Assembly (NCBI GenBank): GCA_947631315.1
Contig: CANRLA010000001.1
Coordinates: 1-47,768 of the forward strand
Reading direction: 5' to 3'
Source: an uncultured Clostridia bacterium
GTDB lineage: Bacteria; Bacillota; Clostridia; TANB77; CAG-508
Length of the DNA stretch: 47,768 bases
In this document: one piece after another, positions 1-8,964 of the stretch
How the letters are laid out: each line of letters opens with the position of its first letter
Numbering within the stretch: position 1 is the stretch's first letter
The notes under the pieces: generated by a model
The model's database searches: none
Seen by the model: the letters and a program-made list of their open reading frames with translations, nothing else
Told to the model about the DNA's origin: nothing
Position numbers and translations under genes: made by a program

Positions 1-27
1 AAATATGGGATAAAAGTAAAAAAGAAT

Positions 28-264
28 ATGGAAGAAAACTATAAAGCTAGATTTCAGGAATTAGTAATTAATGAAATAGCAACGAAAAAATTATTGGAAC
101 GAGAAGATGAAATAATTAATAAAAAGCATAAATTAGAGAAAGAGTTAATGTTAAAATATCCGAAACCAATAACAAATGAATTTTTAGTTATAGCAAAATA
201 TAATCAAATGATAGAGGTAATGATAGAAGAATTACTGCAAGAAGAAATAGAAGAAATTATTTAA
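28..264 (+). CDS. Hypothetical small K/E-rich protein (78 aa)
   Basis: Intact ORF with no recognisable family motif. Confidence 0.4.
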   Translation: MEENYKARFQELVINEIATKKLLEREDEIINKKHKLEKELMLKYPKPITNEFLVIAKYNQMIEVMIEELLQEEIEEII

Positions 265-300
265 GAAGTATAATGTAGATATTGAAAATAAAGGTCTGTA

Positions 301-430
301 GGGAAATTCCCTAATTTGGGAAAAAGATATTTTAAATATAAAAATATGTATGGATATAAAAGTAAAACTTTTAAGCAAGATTCCCATTTGTATACACAAA
401 TGGCATTTTACTTAAAATGGGAAAATTCCC
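301..430. promoter_or_regulatory. Cluster of GGGAA/TTCCC half-sites plus an 8-bp-arm palindrome. GGGAAATTCCC is at 301-311, GGGAAAATTCCC at 419-430, and CCATTTGT-ATAC-ACAAATGG at 384-403.
   Basis: Read directly in the intergenic region between ORF 28-264 and ORF 506-847. Confidence 0.3.
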
Positions 431-457
431 AAACCCTTTTAATTTTTTGATTGATAA

Positions 458-474
458 ATCTCTTTATTAGAGAT
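458..474. promoter_or_regulatory. Palindromic operator-like site ATCTCTTTATTAGAGAT upstream of ORF 506-847
   Basis: 6-bp inverted arms ATCTCT/AGAGAT. About 20 nt including the flanks reappear in inverted orientation at 1166-1185, upstream of the XRE gene. Confidence 0.45.
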
Positions 475-505
475 ATAATAAAAAATAAAACGAGGAGATG
501 TAGAA

Positions 506-847
506 ATGTTAAAAATAAAAGATATAGAAAAATATATAGATGATGAGATGATAAATATTATATTTAGAGAAAGAGAAGAAGAATTATATAGTAGAAAAGG
601 AAAGCTAGATGATGCAGAAATAAGAAATATTAAAGAAGATTACCCTATAGATTATGATAAACTTTTAGAAACAATAAATAATTTGCCACCACATTTTAAT
701 AATACAAAAGGAGGAATAATAGAAACATTAGAGAGTTATTTAACAAGAGAAAATCTAATTATGGCACATGATAATGAAAAGTTTTATAAAATAGGATTTT
801 GCGATGGAATAAGAACTATACTAGAAAACATAAAAAACAGTAAATGA
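506..847 (+). CDS. Hypothetical protein (113 aa)
   Basis: Intact ORF preceded by an AGGAG-type RBS (acgaggagatgtagaaATG). Convergent with the XRE gene. Confidence 0.5.
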   Translation: MLKIKDIEKYIDDEMINIIFREREEELYSRKGKLDDAEIRNIKEDYPIDYDKLLETINNLPPHFNNTKGGIIETLESYLTRENLIMAHDNEKFYKIGFCDGIRTILENIKNSK

Positions 848-860
848 CTCAAATTTACTG

Positions 861-1121
861 CTACTTATTAAATTTTTTGTTAAATATATCAGCAGAAACA
901 TCAAAAATTTTTGCAAATGCAAATAATTCAAAATCTTGAACTAAACGATTATTTGTTTCAATTTTTGAGATTTCTTTTGACGTTAGTTCAATACCTAGTA
1001 GTTGTAATTTTTCTGCCAAATCTTGTTGTGAAAGGTTAGCTTTTAATCTTAATTCTCTTAAAGCAGAGCCAGATATATTTCTAAAATCATTATACTTATT
1101 AATTTTCATATTCTCACCCAA
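861..1121 (-). CDS. XRE-family helix-turn-helix transcriptional regulator (86 aa)
   Basis: Typical Cro/C1 HTH segment LRELRLKANLSQQDLAEKLQLLGIELTSKEISKIETNNR. Confidence 0.8.
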   Translation of the reverse strand: MGENMKINKYNDFRNISGSALRELRLKANLSQQDLAEKLQLLGIELTSKEISKIETNNRLVQDFELFAFAKIFDVSADIFNKKFNK

Positions 1122-1167
1122 TTCGCTTTATTATAGATATTATTTTACTATTATTTTTTATACATAT

Positions 1168-1184
1168 ATCTCTAATAAAGAGAT
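1168..1184. promoter_or_regulatory. Second copy of the palindromic operator-like site (ATCTCTAATAAAGAGAT), upstream of the XRE gene
   Basis: Reverse complement of the 458-474 site. Confidence 0.45.
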
Positions 1185-1282
1185 TATATGATATAAAAAC
1201 GCTTATAGGAGTTGACATAAATATGGAAAAATGGTAAAATGTAGAGGAAAATTAAGAATAAAAAATTAAAGGTAGAAAAAAT

Positions 1283-2179
1283 ATGAAACCATTAATATTA
1301 AAACCAATCTACAAGGAAAAACCATGGGGAAATGAAAAGCTTTTACAACAATTTAAAGGTGTAGAAAAAAATAATAAAATAGGTGAATCTTGGGAGATTA
1401 TTTTAGATGAAAATAGTATAAGTAATTTTAAAAATCTAACTATCAATATGAGAGATATATTTTTAAATAAAAAATTATGTGAAAAAGTGTTTGGAAATAA
1501 ATACACAAACTATAAAAGATTTCCGATACTTATAAAAACTTTATTTATCAATGGTAAAATTTCATTACAAGTACACCCAGACAATAAATGTGCAAAAAAA
1601 TATGAAAATGATTATGGGAAGAATGAAACTTGGTATGTTTTGTATGCTGACAATAACACCTATGCTAATATAGGGTTGAAGAATATATTAAGCAAAAAGA
1701 AATTGCAAGGGTTAATAGACAAAAATATGATAATAAACTATTTAAATAACAAAAAAATTAAGACTGGTGATATTATTAATATTCCAGCGGGAACAATACA
1801 TTCTGTCTCAGGCAAAGCTGTTTTGTATGAAATACAACAAAATAGTAACACTACTTATAGGATTTGTGATAGTAACAAAAGAGATTTAAACATTGAAAAA
1901 GCAGTAAATGCTTTTAAAAATAATTATATAAAAGTGAGGCATAAAGAAAATGGTACATTGATTAAAACAAAATATTTCAAATTAAAGAAAATTAAAATAA
2001 TTAATAAAAAACAATTCAAAACTTATGGAAAATTTGCAGTAATAACAGTGATAAACGGTGTGGGCAATATAATATCAGACCAAAACATAAAAATTCAAAA
2101 AGGTATGACAATATTAATTCCAGCATGTTTAAGTAGCTATATTATTTCGGGAAATTTAGAATTATTAATAACAAAATAA
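1283..2179 (+). CDS. manA: Mannose-6-phosphate isomerase, type I (cupin)
   Basis: N-terminal KPIYKEKPWGNE, the metal-site motif LQVHPD, ETWYVL, and GTIHSV...YEIQQNSNTTYR, all typical of Firmicute class I PMI. Confidence 0.8.
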   Translation: MKPLILKPIYKEKPWGNEKLLQQFKGVEKNNKIGESWEIILDENSISNFKNLTINMRDIFLNKKLCEKVFGNKYTNYKRFPILIKTLFINGKISLQVHPDNKCAKKYENDYGKNETWYVLYADNNTYANIGLKNILSKKKLQGLIDKNMIINYLNNKKIKTGDIINIPAGTIHSVSGKAVLYEIQQNSNTTYRICDSNKRDLNIEKAVNAFKNNYIKVRHKENGTLIKTKYFKLKKIKIINKKQFKTYGKFAVITVINGVGNIISDQNIKIQKGMTILIPACLSSYIISGNLELLITK

Positions 2180-2209
2180 AAATGTATGAAATAAAAAAAG
2201 GAGATAATA

Positions 2210-2794
2210 ATGCAAATACTAAGAAGTAAAGAAAGCATATATCCCATAGGAGTTTTATGGAATATGGGAAATAAGTTTGTAAGAGAAATGATGTTAAGAA
2301 TTGCTATCATGCAAGATGTAATACAAGTTACAGTGTATGATTTAAAAGATGAATATGATGCATTTGTATTAGATACTTATAAGGGTGACAATGAAGCATT
2401 TCAAGACGGATATATATACGAAAAAATAAAAAATATGAAGTCTACAAATAGTACTAAAGTCATTGTATTTGCAATTAAAATAGACAATCCAACATATAGA
2501 ATAAACGAGGAAAATGGCATGATTCAATGCTTAGAGGCAAGAAAAGTAAAGCAACAGATAAGAGATGAATATGCTAGTAAAATTGATGGTTATTTTTTTG
2601 ATAATCTAATACATATGTCGGATAATGAAGAAGAATCACAAAGAATACAAAGTACCCTAAAAAAATATGAAAAGTATATAGAAGAAGATTACATTAGAAA
2701 AGGATACCAGCCTATCATTAGAACAACTAAAAAAAGAGAGAATAGAACATATATAAGTTTATTAAACAAATTAAAAGGAGAAGAAGAAAGATAA
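2210..2794 (+). CDS. Hypothetical protein (194 aa)
   Basis: Intact ORF with RBS ggagataataATG. No motif recognised. Confidence 0.45.
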   Translation: MQILRSKESIYPIGVLWNMGNKFVREMMLRIAIMQDVIQVTVYDLKDEYDAFVLDTYKGDNEAFQDGYIYEKIKNMKSTNSTKVIVFAIKIDNPTYRINEENGMIQCLEARKVKQQIRDEYASKIDGYFFDNLIHMSDNEEESQRIQSTLKKYEKYIEEDYIRKGYQPIIRTTKKRENRTYISLLNKLKGEEER

Positions 2795-2796
2795 AA

Positions 2797-3870
2797 ATGG
2801 ATAAATATGTTTTGATTTTAGCAGGAGGAAAAGGAAGTAGATTATGGCCTATTAGTACAGAAAATAAACCAAAGCAATTTTTAAATTTATATGGAAATGA
2901 AATAATGATAAATGAAACAATACGAAGAATAGAAGATATATTTAATTATGAAAATATTTTTATCATTATAAATGAAAATCAAAAGGAACTGGCTAATAGA
3001 TATATAGATAGTAGAATACCCAGAAAAAATATTATTAGTGAACCAGAAGCAAAGAATACAGCTATGTGTATATTTTATGCAACATTAAAAATTAAAAAGA
3101 TGAAAGGAGATGGGATTATTTCTATTTTGTCATCAGATCATTATATTGAAAATGAAGATAAGTTGATGGAGAACATAAAATATGCAGTACAAGTAGCAAA
3201 TGCTAATGAAAGTTTAGTTACGATTGGGATAATGCCTACTTATCCAGCTACTGGATTTGGATATATAAGGTACAGTAAAAATAAAAATAATGATTGTAAT
3301 TCAGTAATTGAATTTAAAGAAAAACCTAATTATGAAAAAGCAGTGGAATATGTTAAAAGTAATCGTTATGTATGGAATAGTGGAATGTTTATTTGGAAAA
3401 TAGAAATAATATTAAAAATGTTTAAGAGGTATTTACCTAGTATATATTGTTTTAAGAAAGATTTATATAATGCGATAAACACAAATGACGAACAAAAAGT
3501 AGTAAAAGAAATATATAGAAAAGTTGAATCTATTTCGATAGATAAAGGAATTTTAGAAAAAGCACATAATATAAAAATGATTAAGGCGGACTTTAAATGG
3601 ATGGATATAGGAAGTATAAAAGATTTTTTTGAAATTCATTCGAGAGATGCACAGGAAAATATAATTATAGGAAATGCAATTACCAAGGATATAAACAAAT
3701 CTAATATATTCAACAATAGTGAAGAATTGCTAATAGCAATGGGACTAGAAAACATAAATATTATTAAAGATAATGGGGTATGTATTATTTGTAGAAAGGG
3801 AGAAGAGTATCTTTTAACGCAGTTATTGGAAAAGATGAAAGGACAAGAAAAATATAAAAAATATATATAG
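2797..3870 (+). CDS. manC: Mannose-1-phosphate guanylyltransferase (GDP-mannose pyrophosphorylase), short form
   Basis: N-terminal nucleotidyltransferase signature ILAGGKGSRLWPIS and overall NTP-transferase layout (GYI..., WNSGMFIW). Confidence 0.85.
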   Translation: MDKYVLILAGGKGSRLWPISTENKPKQFLNLYGNEIMINETIRRIEDIFNYENIFIIINENQKELANRYIDSRIPRKNIISEPEAKNTAMCIFYATLKIKKMKGDGIISILSSDHYIENEDKLMENIKYAVQVANANESLVTIGIMPTYPATGFGYIRYSKNKNNDCNSVIEFKEKPNYEKAVEYVKSNRYVWNSGMFIWKIEIILKMFKRYLPSIYCFKKDLYNAINTNDEQKVVKEIYRKVESISIDKGILEKAHNIKMIKADFKWMDIGSIKDFFEIHSRDAQENIIIGNAITKDINKSNIFNNSEELLIAMGLENINIIKDNGVCIICRKGEEYLLTQLLEKMKGQEKYKKYI

Positions 3871-3882
3871 AGGTTATTAGTA

Positions 3883-4866
3883 ATGAATTATTTTATGGAT
3901 GTAACTATAAAAGAAAATGTTGAAAAATATTTAAACAAATTAAATAGGAACACATTAATGATATATTCACCAACATCAATTGAAAAAATTAATTTTAAAA
4001 ATGAAAAGGTGAAAAGTATAAATTGGCATGATATATCAAAAACCATTGAAAATATAGATGTGGTAGTAAAAGGAAATAATAATATAGAAAAAGTAGTTGC
4101 CTTTGGTGGAGGAAGTGCGATTGATATAGGAAAATACATTGCTTATAAATTAAAGGTTAAATACGTATGTATTCCATCGATGCTTTCCACAAATTCATAT
4201 GCTACGAACAAAGTAGCATTAATAAAAGCTGAAAAGAAAATTACATTGGATGCTAAATTGCCAAATTGCATTATTTTAGATGATAAAATTTTAAAAGCAT
4301 CAAGAATAGAGAATTTATACGGATTAGCAGATGTTTTATCGATACATACAGCATTATATGATTGGAAATTAGCAGCAGAAGATATAAATGAAAAGATTGA
4401 TAAAGGAATTTATGATATGTCTTTAAATTTATTAAATGAAGTAATAAACTTTATTTTGGACAATACTGTAGAAGAAATAGCAAGCAATACAGAAAAATTA
4501 TTTGAATACATAGGACAAGCAGGTTATATTACAAATTTATATGGAACAGGAAGACCGGAAAGTGGTTCGGAACATATATTTGCTAAGGAATTAGAAAGTA
4601 AAATAGATGTACCACATGGAATATCAGTTTCATTAGGTATTATAATAATGACTATTTGGCAAGGCAGAGAAGTAAAAGAAATACTAAAAGCAGTAGATAA
4701 AATACAGGTATTAGATAAAATGCAAATTTATGGAGTGAATAAAAAGATAATACAGGAATGTACTCATAATCTTACACCGAGAAATGGGAGATATACAATA
4801 GTAGATAAATATTTTAATAAGGTTACATATGCAGACGAAATATTAGAAAAGTTTTATCGTAAATAA
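3883..4866 (+). CDS. sn-glycerol-1-phosphate dehydrogenase-like or iron-containing alcohol dehydrogenase superfamily protein
   Basis: Motifs GGGSAIDIGKY (dinucleotide/glycine-rich loop), GSEHIFAKELE and PHGISVSLG (metal-binding His motifs) resemble the AraM/EgsA G1PDH family. Confidence 0.55.
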   Translation: MNYFMDVTIKENVEKYLNKLNRNTLMIYSPTSIEKINFKNEKVKSINWHDISKTIENIDVVVKGNNNIEKVVAFGGGSAIDIGKYIAYKLKVKYVCIPSMLSTNSYATNKVALIKAEKKITLDAKLPNCIILDDKILKASRIENLYGLADVLSIHTALYDWKLAAEDINEKIDKGIYDMSLNLLNEVINFILDNTVEEIASNTEKLFEYIGQAGYITNLYGTGRPESGSEHIFAKELESKIDVPHGISVSLGIIIMTIWQGREVKEILKAVDKIQVLDKMQIYGVNKKIIQECTHNLTPRNGRYTIVDKYFNKVTYADEILEKFYRK

Positions 4867-4887
4867 ATAGTATAAAAGGAGGCAAAA

Positions 4888-6045
4888 ATGATTGTAATAA
4901 ATGATTTCTTTGTAAGATATAAAGAAGCGGTTTCAAATCAAATGGAATTGATTTCGCAAAGAAATAATGGTAAAATAATATCTGCAACAAGATTTATGGG
5001 GCAAAAAGCACAACAGGAGCAAGATAAAAAAGATAATATTTTTGTATATAATCCTATTTTATATGTTCTAATGGCAATTAGAGAAGTTATAAAAAAACCA
5101 AAAGATATTGTGCATGTATTTGAAGAAGAACCAAGTTTTTGGAAGAGAATATTATTAAATTTTTCAAGTAATCCATTGTTTATATCTATGTATAGAAGAC
5201 CAAATGAAAAATATGCAGAGCATTTAAAAAGATACAAAAATTTAAGAAAGGTTTTTGTAGAATTACAAAAACATAAGGAAATATTAATAGAATGTGGTAT
5301 TTCAGAAGGGAAAATTAGTGTAACACCAACACCATCAAAAATACCGAGGAGAAAAAGTGAAAAAAAATTTGATCCAACAGATATAAATATATTATTTGCG
5401 AGTTGGAATAATAAAGAAGGAGATGCAATAAGAGAAAGAGGACTAGAATATCTTCTACAATTATTAAAGAAAAACGATAATTTTTCTTTGACGATTCCTT
5501 TAAGAGACAATGACACACAGGCTTTTGAAAAAGTGGCTAAAGATTTAGGAGTATGGAATAGAGTTAGTCTTCTAGATATTCATAATAATACAGACTTATT
5601 AATAGAGCTATTTGATAAATCTGATTTTGTTGCATTTGTACCACAAAAAAGAGTTACAAAAGATGTACCCAATTCATTAATTGATGGACTTGTAAGAGGA
5701 AAACCAGTAATTGTATCAGATGTAATAGATTTTTCAGACACAGTAGAAAAAAGAAAAATTGGCTATGTTATTCCAAAAGGAAAAAGAGCACAAGAAATGG
5801 AAATATCTACAGATGAATATAATGAAATGAGTAAAAATGCATACGAATATTCAAAACTACATTCGCAAGAAAATTATGCTAGCATTATTGCAGATGCATA
5901 TTATAATAAGGTGAAATTAGAAGATAGTTACAGAAATAGAATAAAAACTAGAATTGAGAGAACACAAAGCGAAAAAACTATAAGGGATAAAGGAGCTGAC
6001 GAAAATGAGAATAGCAATCATAAATCCTTGGGCGATATCAGGTAA
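4888..6045 (+). CDS. Glycosyltransferase-like protein (C-terminal GT-B half recognisable)
   Basis: The segment FVPQKRVTKDVPNSLIDGLVRGKPVIVSDV resembles the GT1/GT4 donor-binding region. The N-terminal half is unassigned. Confidence 0.4.
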   Translation: MIVINDFFVRYKEAVSNQMELISQRNNGKIISATRFMGQKAQQEQDKKDNIFVYNPILYVLMAIREVIKKPKDIVHVFEEEPSFWKRILLNFSSNPLFISMYRRPNEKYAEHLKRYKNLRKVFVELQKHKEILIECGISEGKISVTPTPSKIPRRKSEKKFDPTDINILFASWNNKEGDAIRERGLEYLLQLLKKNDNFSLTIPLRDNDTQAFEKVAKDLGVWNRVSLLDIHNNTDLLIELFDKSDFVAFVPQKRVTKDVPNSLIDGLVRGKPVIVSDVIDFSDTVEKRKIGYVIPKGKRAQEMEISTDEYNEMSKNAYEYSKLHSQENYASIIADAYYNKVKLEDSYRNRIKTRIERTQSEKTIRDKGADENENSNHKSLGDIR

Positions 6046-7147
6046 ATCAATTGGAGGGACAGAAAGATTTGTAATGGATTTAGCTGAATCGTTAAAAGAT
6101 TTAAAAAATGAAATAGATGTATATATGTTTTCGGGAGAAAGCCATGTAGAAAGAGGAATAAATTATATAAATATAAACTTATTTGATATAATAGGAGAAG
6201 CAGATGAATATATTATTCAGGAAACTTTCGGGGATTTTGAAACAAATAAATCATATGAAGAATTAGCAAAAAAACTAGAAAAAAAGATAGATGTTTCAAA
6301 ATATGATTGTATTCATCTAAATTCACAATTATTCTTACAAGCATGGAAAGAAAAAAAGAGAATATTTACGATACATACGAATCCATTTGAGTATGAATTA
6401 GCTTGGGGGAAAAAATCATATTATAAAATGCTAGAAATAATGAGAGAATATAAAGACAGTAAACTTACTACATTTGTAGCACCATCAAGATATTATGCTA
6501 ATGAATATGAAAAGTTAACAGAGTGCAAGATTGAATATATACCACATGCTATAGATATAAAAAGATTATATACAGAAAACGAAAAAGAGAATATTATTGA
6601 AAAATATAATTTAAATAAAGAAAAAATAAAAATTATTGTACCAAGTAGATTAGAGCCTAAGCAGAAACAACCAATGCTATTAATTGATGCTTGTAGTTTG
6701 CTAGAAAGTGATATCAAAAATAAAATAGAGATTATATTTACAGGATTAGATAAACAATATATAAAATTTGTAAATGAATTGAAGGAAAAAGCGGAAAATA
6801 ATCAAATAGAGATAAAAATAATAAGGTTTGATGAAATGTCAGAAGCATATAAAATTGCTGATATGACAGTGTTACCAAGTAAATCAGAAAGCTTTGGCTA
6901 TTCTGCATTAGAATCGCTATCATTAGGAATACCAACCATACTAAATGGAATACCTACTTTTAAAGAAATAGCAAGTGAGAATCGTAATTGCCAATTATTT
7001 GAGAATTCAGAGATTGAATTGAAAGAGAAGATAACAGAACTTATAAAAAATAAAAAATATGAAAAAAGAATTATTCCGGATGATAAATGGAGTAAAAGAT
7101 ACGAATTAAATACTTTTGCTAAAAATTATTTGAATTTAATGATATAA
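6005..7147 (+). CDS. Glycosyltransferase family 4 (GT-B)
   Basis: N-terminal GGTERFV and C-terminal PSKSESFGYSALESLSLGIPT (E-x7-E type motif). Confidence 0.8.
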   Translation: MRIAIINPWAISGKSIGGTERFVMDLAESLKDLKNEIDVYMFSGESHVERGINYININLFDIIGEADEYIIQETFGDFETNKSYEELAKKLEKKIDVSKYDCIHLNSQLFLQAWKEKKRIFTIHTNPFEYELAWGKKSYYKMLEIMREYKDSKLTTFVAPSRYYANEYEKLTECKIEYIPHAIDIKRLYTENEKENIIEKYNLNKEKIKIIVPSRLEPKQKQPMLLIDACSLLESDIKNKIEIIFTGLDKQYIKFVNELKEKAENNQIEIKIIRFDEMSEAYKIADMTVLPSKSESFGYSALESLSLGIPTILNGIPTFKEIASENRNCQLFENSEIELKEKITELIKNKKYEKRIIPDDKWSKRYELNTFAKNYLNLMI

Positions 7148-7165
7148 TGAAAAAGGTGAGAAGAT

Positions 7166-7657
7166 ATGGAAAAAAGAGATCTATATGATGAAAATAAAAA
7201 ATTAACGGGAGAAACTATATATAAAGGAGAGAAAGTACCTAAGGGAAGATATTATATTACTGTAGTAGTATGGATTCAAAACGAAGAAGACGAATTTTTA
7301 ATCCAAAAAAGAGTATTAAAAAAAGATGGAAAATGGTCAACTACAGGAGGACATCCAGTTTCTGGAGAGACTAGTAAACAAGGAATTTTTACGGAAATAG
7401 AAGAAGAACTAGGTTTAGACTTGACAAATGAAGAAATTACCTTGTTTAAAACGATAAAAACGGAAGATGATTTTGTAGATTTATATTATTTAAAGGCCAA
7501 TATTGACATTAATAATATAGTAATACAAGAAGAAGAAGTGGCTGATGTGAAATGGGCTACAATAGAAGAAATAAAAAATTTAATTAATAGTGGGGAATTT
7601 TCAGATAGTCATGCGGAATTTTTTGATGATTGTATGAAATTTATTAATAAAAAATAG
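7166..7657 (+). CDS. NUDIX hydrolase
   Basis: Nudix box GGHPVSGETSKQGIFTEIEEELGL. Confidence 0.8.
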   Translation: MEKRDLYDENKKLTGETIYKGEKVPKGRYYITVVVWIQNEEDEFLIQKRVLKKDGKWSTTGGHPVSGETSKQGIFTEIEEELGLDLTNEEITLFKTIKTEDDFVDLYYLKANIDINNIVIQEEEVADVKWATIEEIKNLINSGEFSDSHAEFFDDCMKFINKK

Positions 7658-7661
7658 TATG

Positions 7662-7698
7662 AAAAGGGTAATACACTTAATTTTGTGTATTACCTTTT
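7662..7698. terminator. Bidirectional rho-independent terminator between the Nudix (+) and HAD (-) genes
   Basis: Stem AAAAGGGTAATACAC / GTGTATTACCTTTT flanked by A and T runs. Confidence 0.7.
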
Positions 7699-7701
7699 TT
7701 C

Positions 7702-8310
7702 TCATAATATACTTAATAATTCTGAGATATCATTTATATAATTATCATAATTTTTACAAATACCAAATCCATATTTAGCCCATATAAATTTATTATTGGA
7801 ATTAATAGCAGATATATAATCTTTTTCAGTATCTCCAATATAGATAGAATTATTTATATTGTTTCGCTTCATAAGTAGCTTTAAGTTATGAACTTTTGAA
7901 AGGTTAGTTCTACTAGAACACTCATAATCCTTAAAGTAATTATTTAAATGATAAAAATTTAGGAAAGCTTCAATATATCCATCTTGACAATTGCTTACAA
8001 TGTACAAGTTAAATTTTTCAGATAGTTTTTTAATAGTAGAAATAGTATTGATGTAGATATTTCCACCATGGGTAGATAAATATTCATTTTCTGTTTTTTG
8101 ACATTCCTTGATAAATAAATTTCCTATATTAGAATCATTGTTAAATAATGTTGATATGATTTCGGGATTAGTTAGTCCCATAATGTTTTTGATAGAAAAT
8201 TTATTAATATTAATATTATACTTTTTAGCTACATTAATCCAAATGATTTCTATCTGTTTAGTTGTATCCCATAATGTTCCATCCAAGTCAAATATTAAAG
8301 ATTTTTTCAT
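7702..8310 (-). CDS. HAD-superfamily hydrolase (phosphatase, subfamily IA-like)
   Basis: Motif I LIFDLDGTLWDT, motif II VSN, motif IV IYIGDTEKD. Confidence 0.8.
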   Translation of the reverse strand: MKKSLIFDLDGTLWDTTKQIEIIWINVAKKYNININKFSIKNIMGLTNPEIISTLFNNDSNIGNLFIKECQKTENEYLSTHGGNIYINTISTIKKLSEKFNLYIVSNCQDGYIEAFLNFYHLNNYFKDYECSSRTNLSKVHNLKLLMKRNNINNSIYIGDTEKDYISAINSNNKFIWAKYGFGICKNYDNYINDISELLSIL

Positions 8311-8725
8311 TACATATTCCCCAATTATTATTTGTATTATTGTATAGTGTCATTTGAAAATTAAATAATTATAATGGTACTACAAATTGTTTGATAATAT
8401 TGTATTACAAAAGATGCTAGAAGTCAAAGAAATATTGGAAAATATGTAAAAATAGTTAATAAAATTATAATTATTTCTTGCATCATAATTAGTTATAAGA
8501 CATTTAAAGAAAGTAAAATAAAATGCTTTCTTTTTTTCTGCTTAAAAAATATTTTGAAATTTTTTGGGAAAATAGCACAATTCATTTCGCCTATTCGTAT
8601 AGAGAAAGAAAAAGTATTTGAAAGATTATAATCAAATAACAGCAATTATAACAATTTATATAATATGAGTTATATTAGTAATATTTTTTTAAAAGCTCTA
8701 ATATTTTTAATTGGGAGTGAATTAA

Positions 8726-8869
8726 ATGGAGGCAGAAAAAGAAATTTATACCATTGATGGTAAAGATTATACTGTAATAACGGGAACAAATAAAAATGCT
8801 AATAGTGATGAAATATATAATGTTTTGGTTAGATATGCTATCGAAAAAATTGATGAATATTTAAAATAA
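8726..8869 (+). CDS. Small ORF (47 aa, MEAEKEIYTIDGKDYTVITGTNKNANSDEIYNVLVRYAIEKIDEYLK). It resembles the small TnpW-like accessory ORFs found next to serine recombinases in clostridial transposons.
   Basis: Not in the ORF track (too short). Good RBS GGGAGTGA 5-6 nt upstream of the ATG. Lies directly upstream of the recombinase pair. Confidence 0.3.
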   Translation: MEAEKEIYTIDGKDYTVITGTNKNANSDEIYNVLVRYAIEKIDEYLK

Positions 8870-8964
8870 TAACTATTCTGTAGTTTCGCCTTTTGTACAA
8901 CTTTTTTATATAATAAATATAGCTGTTTAAGATTAGTTGTTATTCGGAAAGGAGGACAACTAAT

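Noticed and set aside
6005-6045. The 41-nt overlap between ORF 4888-6045 and ORF 6005-7147, considered as a possible sixth frameshift or fused gene
   Set aside because: The downstream ORF has its own ATG and a typical GT4 N-terminus (MRIAIINPW...GGTERF). There is no CGG at the overlap. Short overlaps between operon genes are common.
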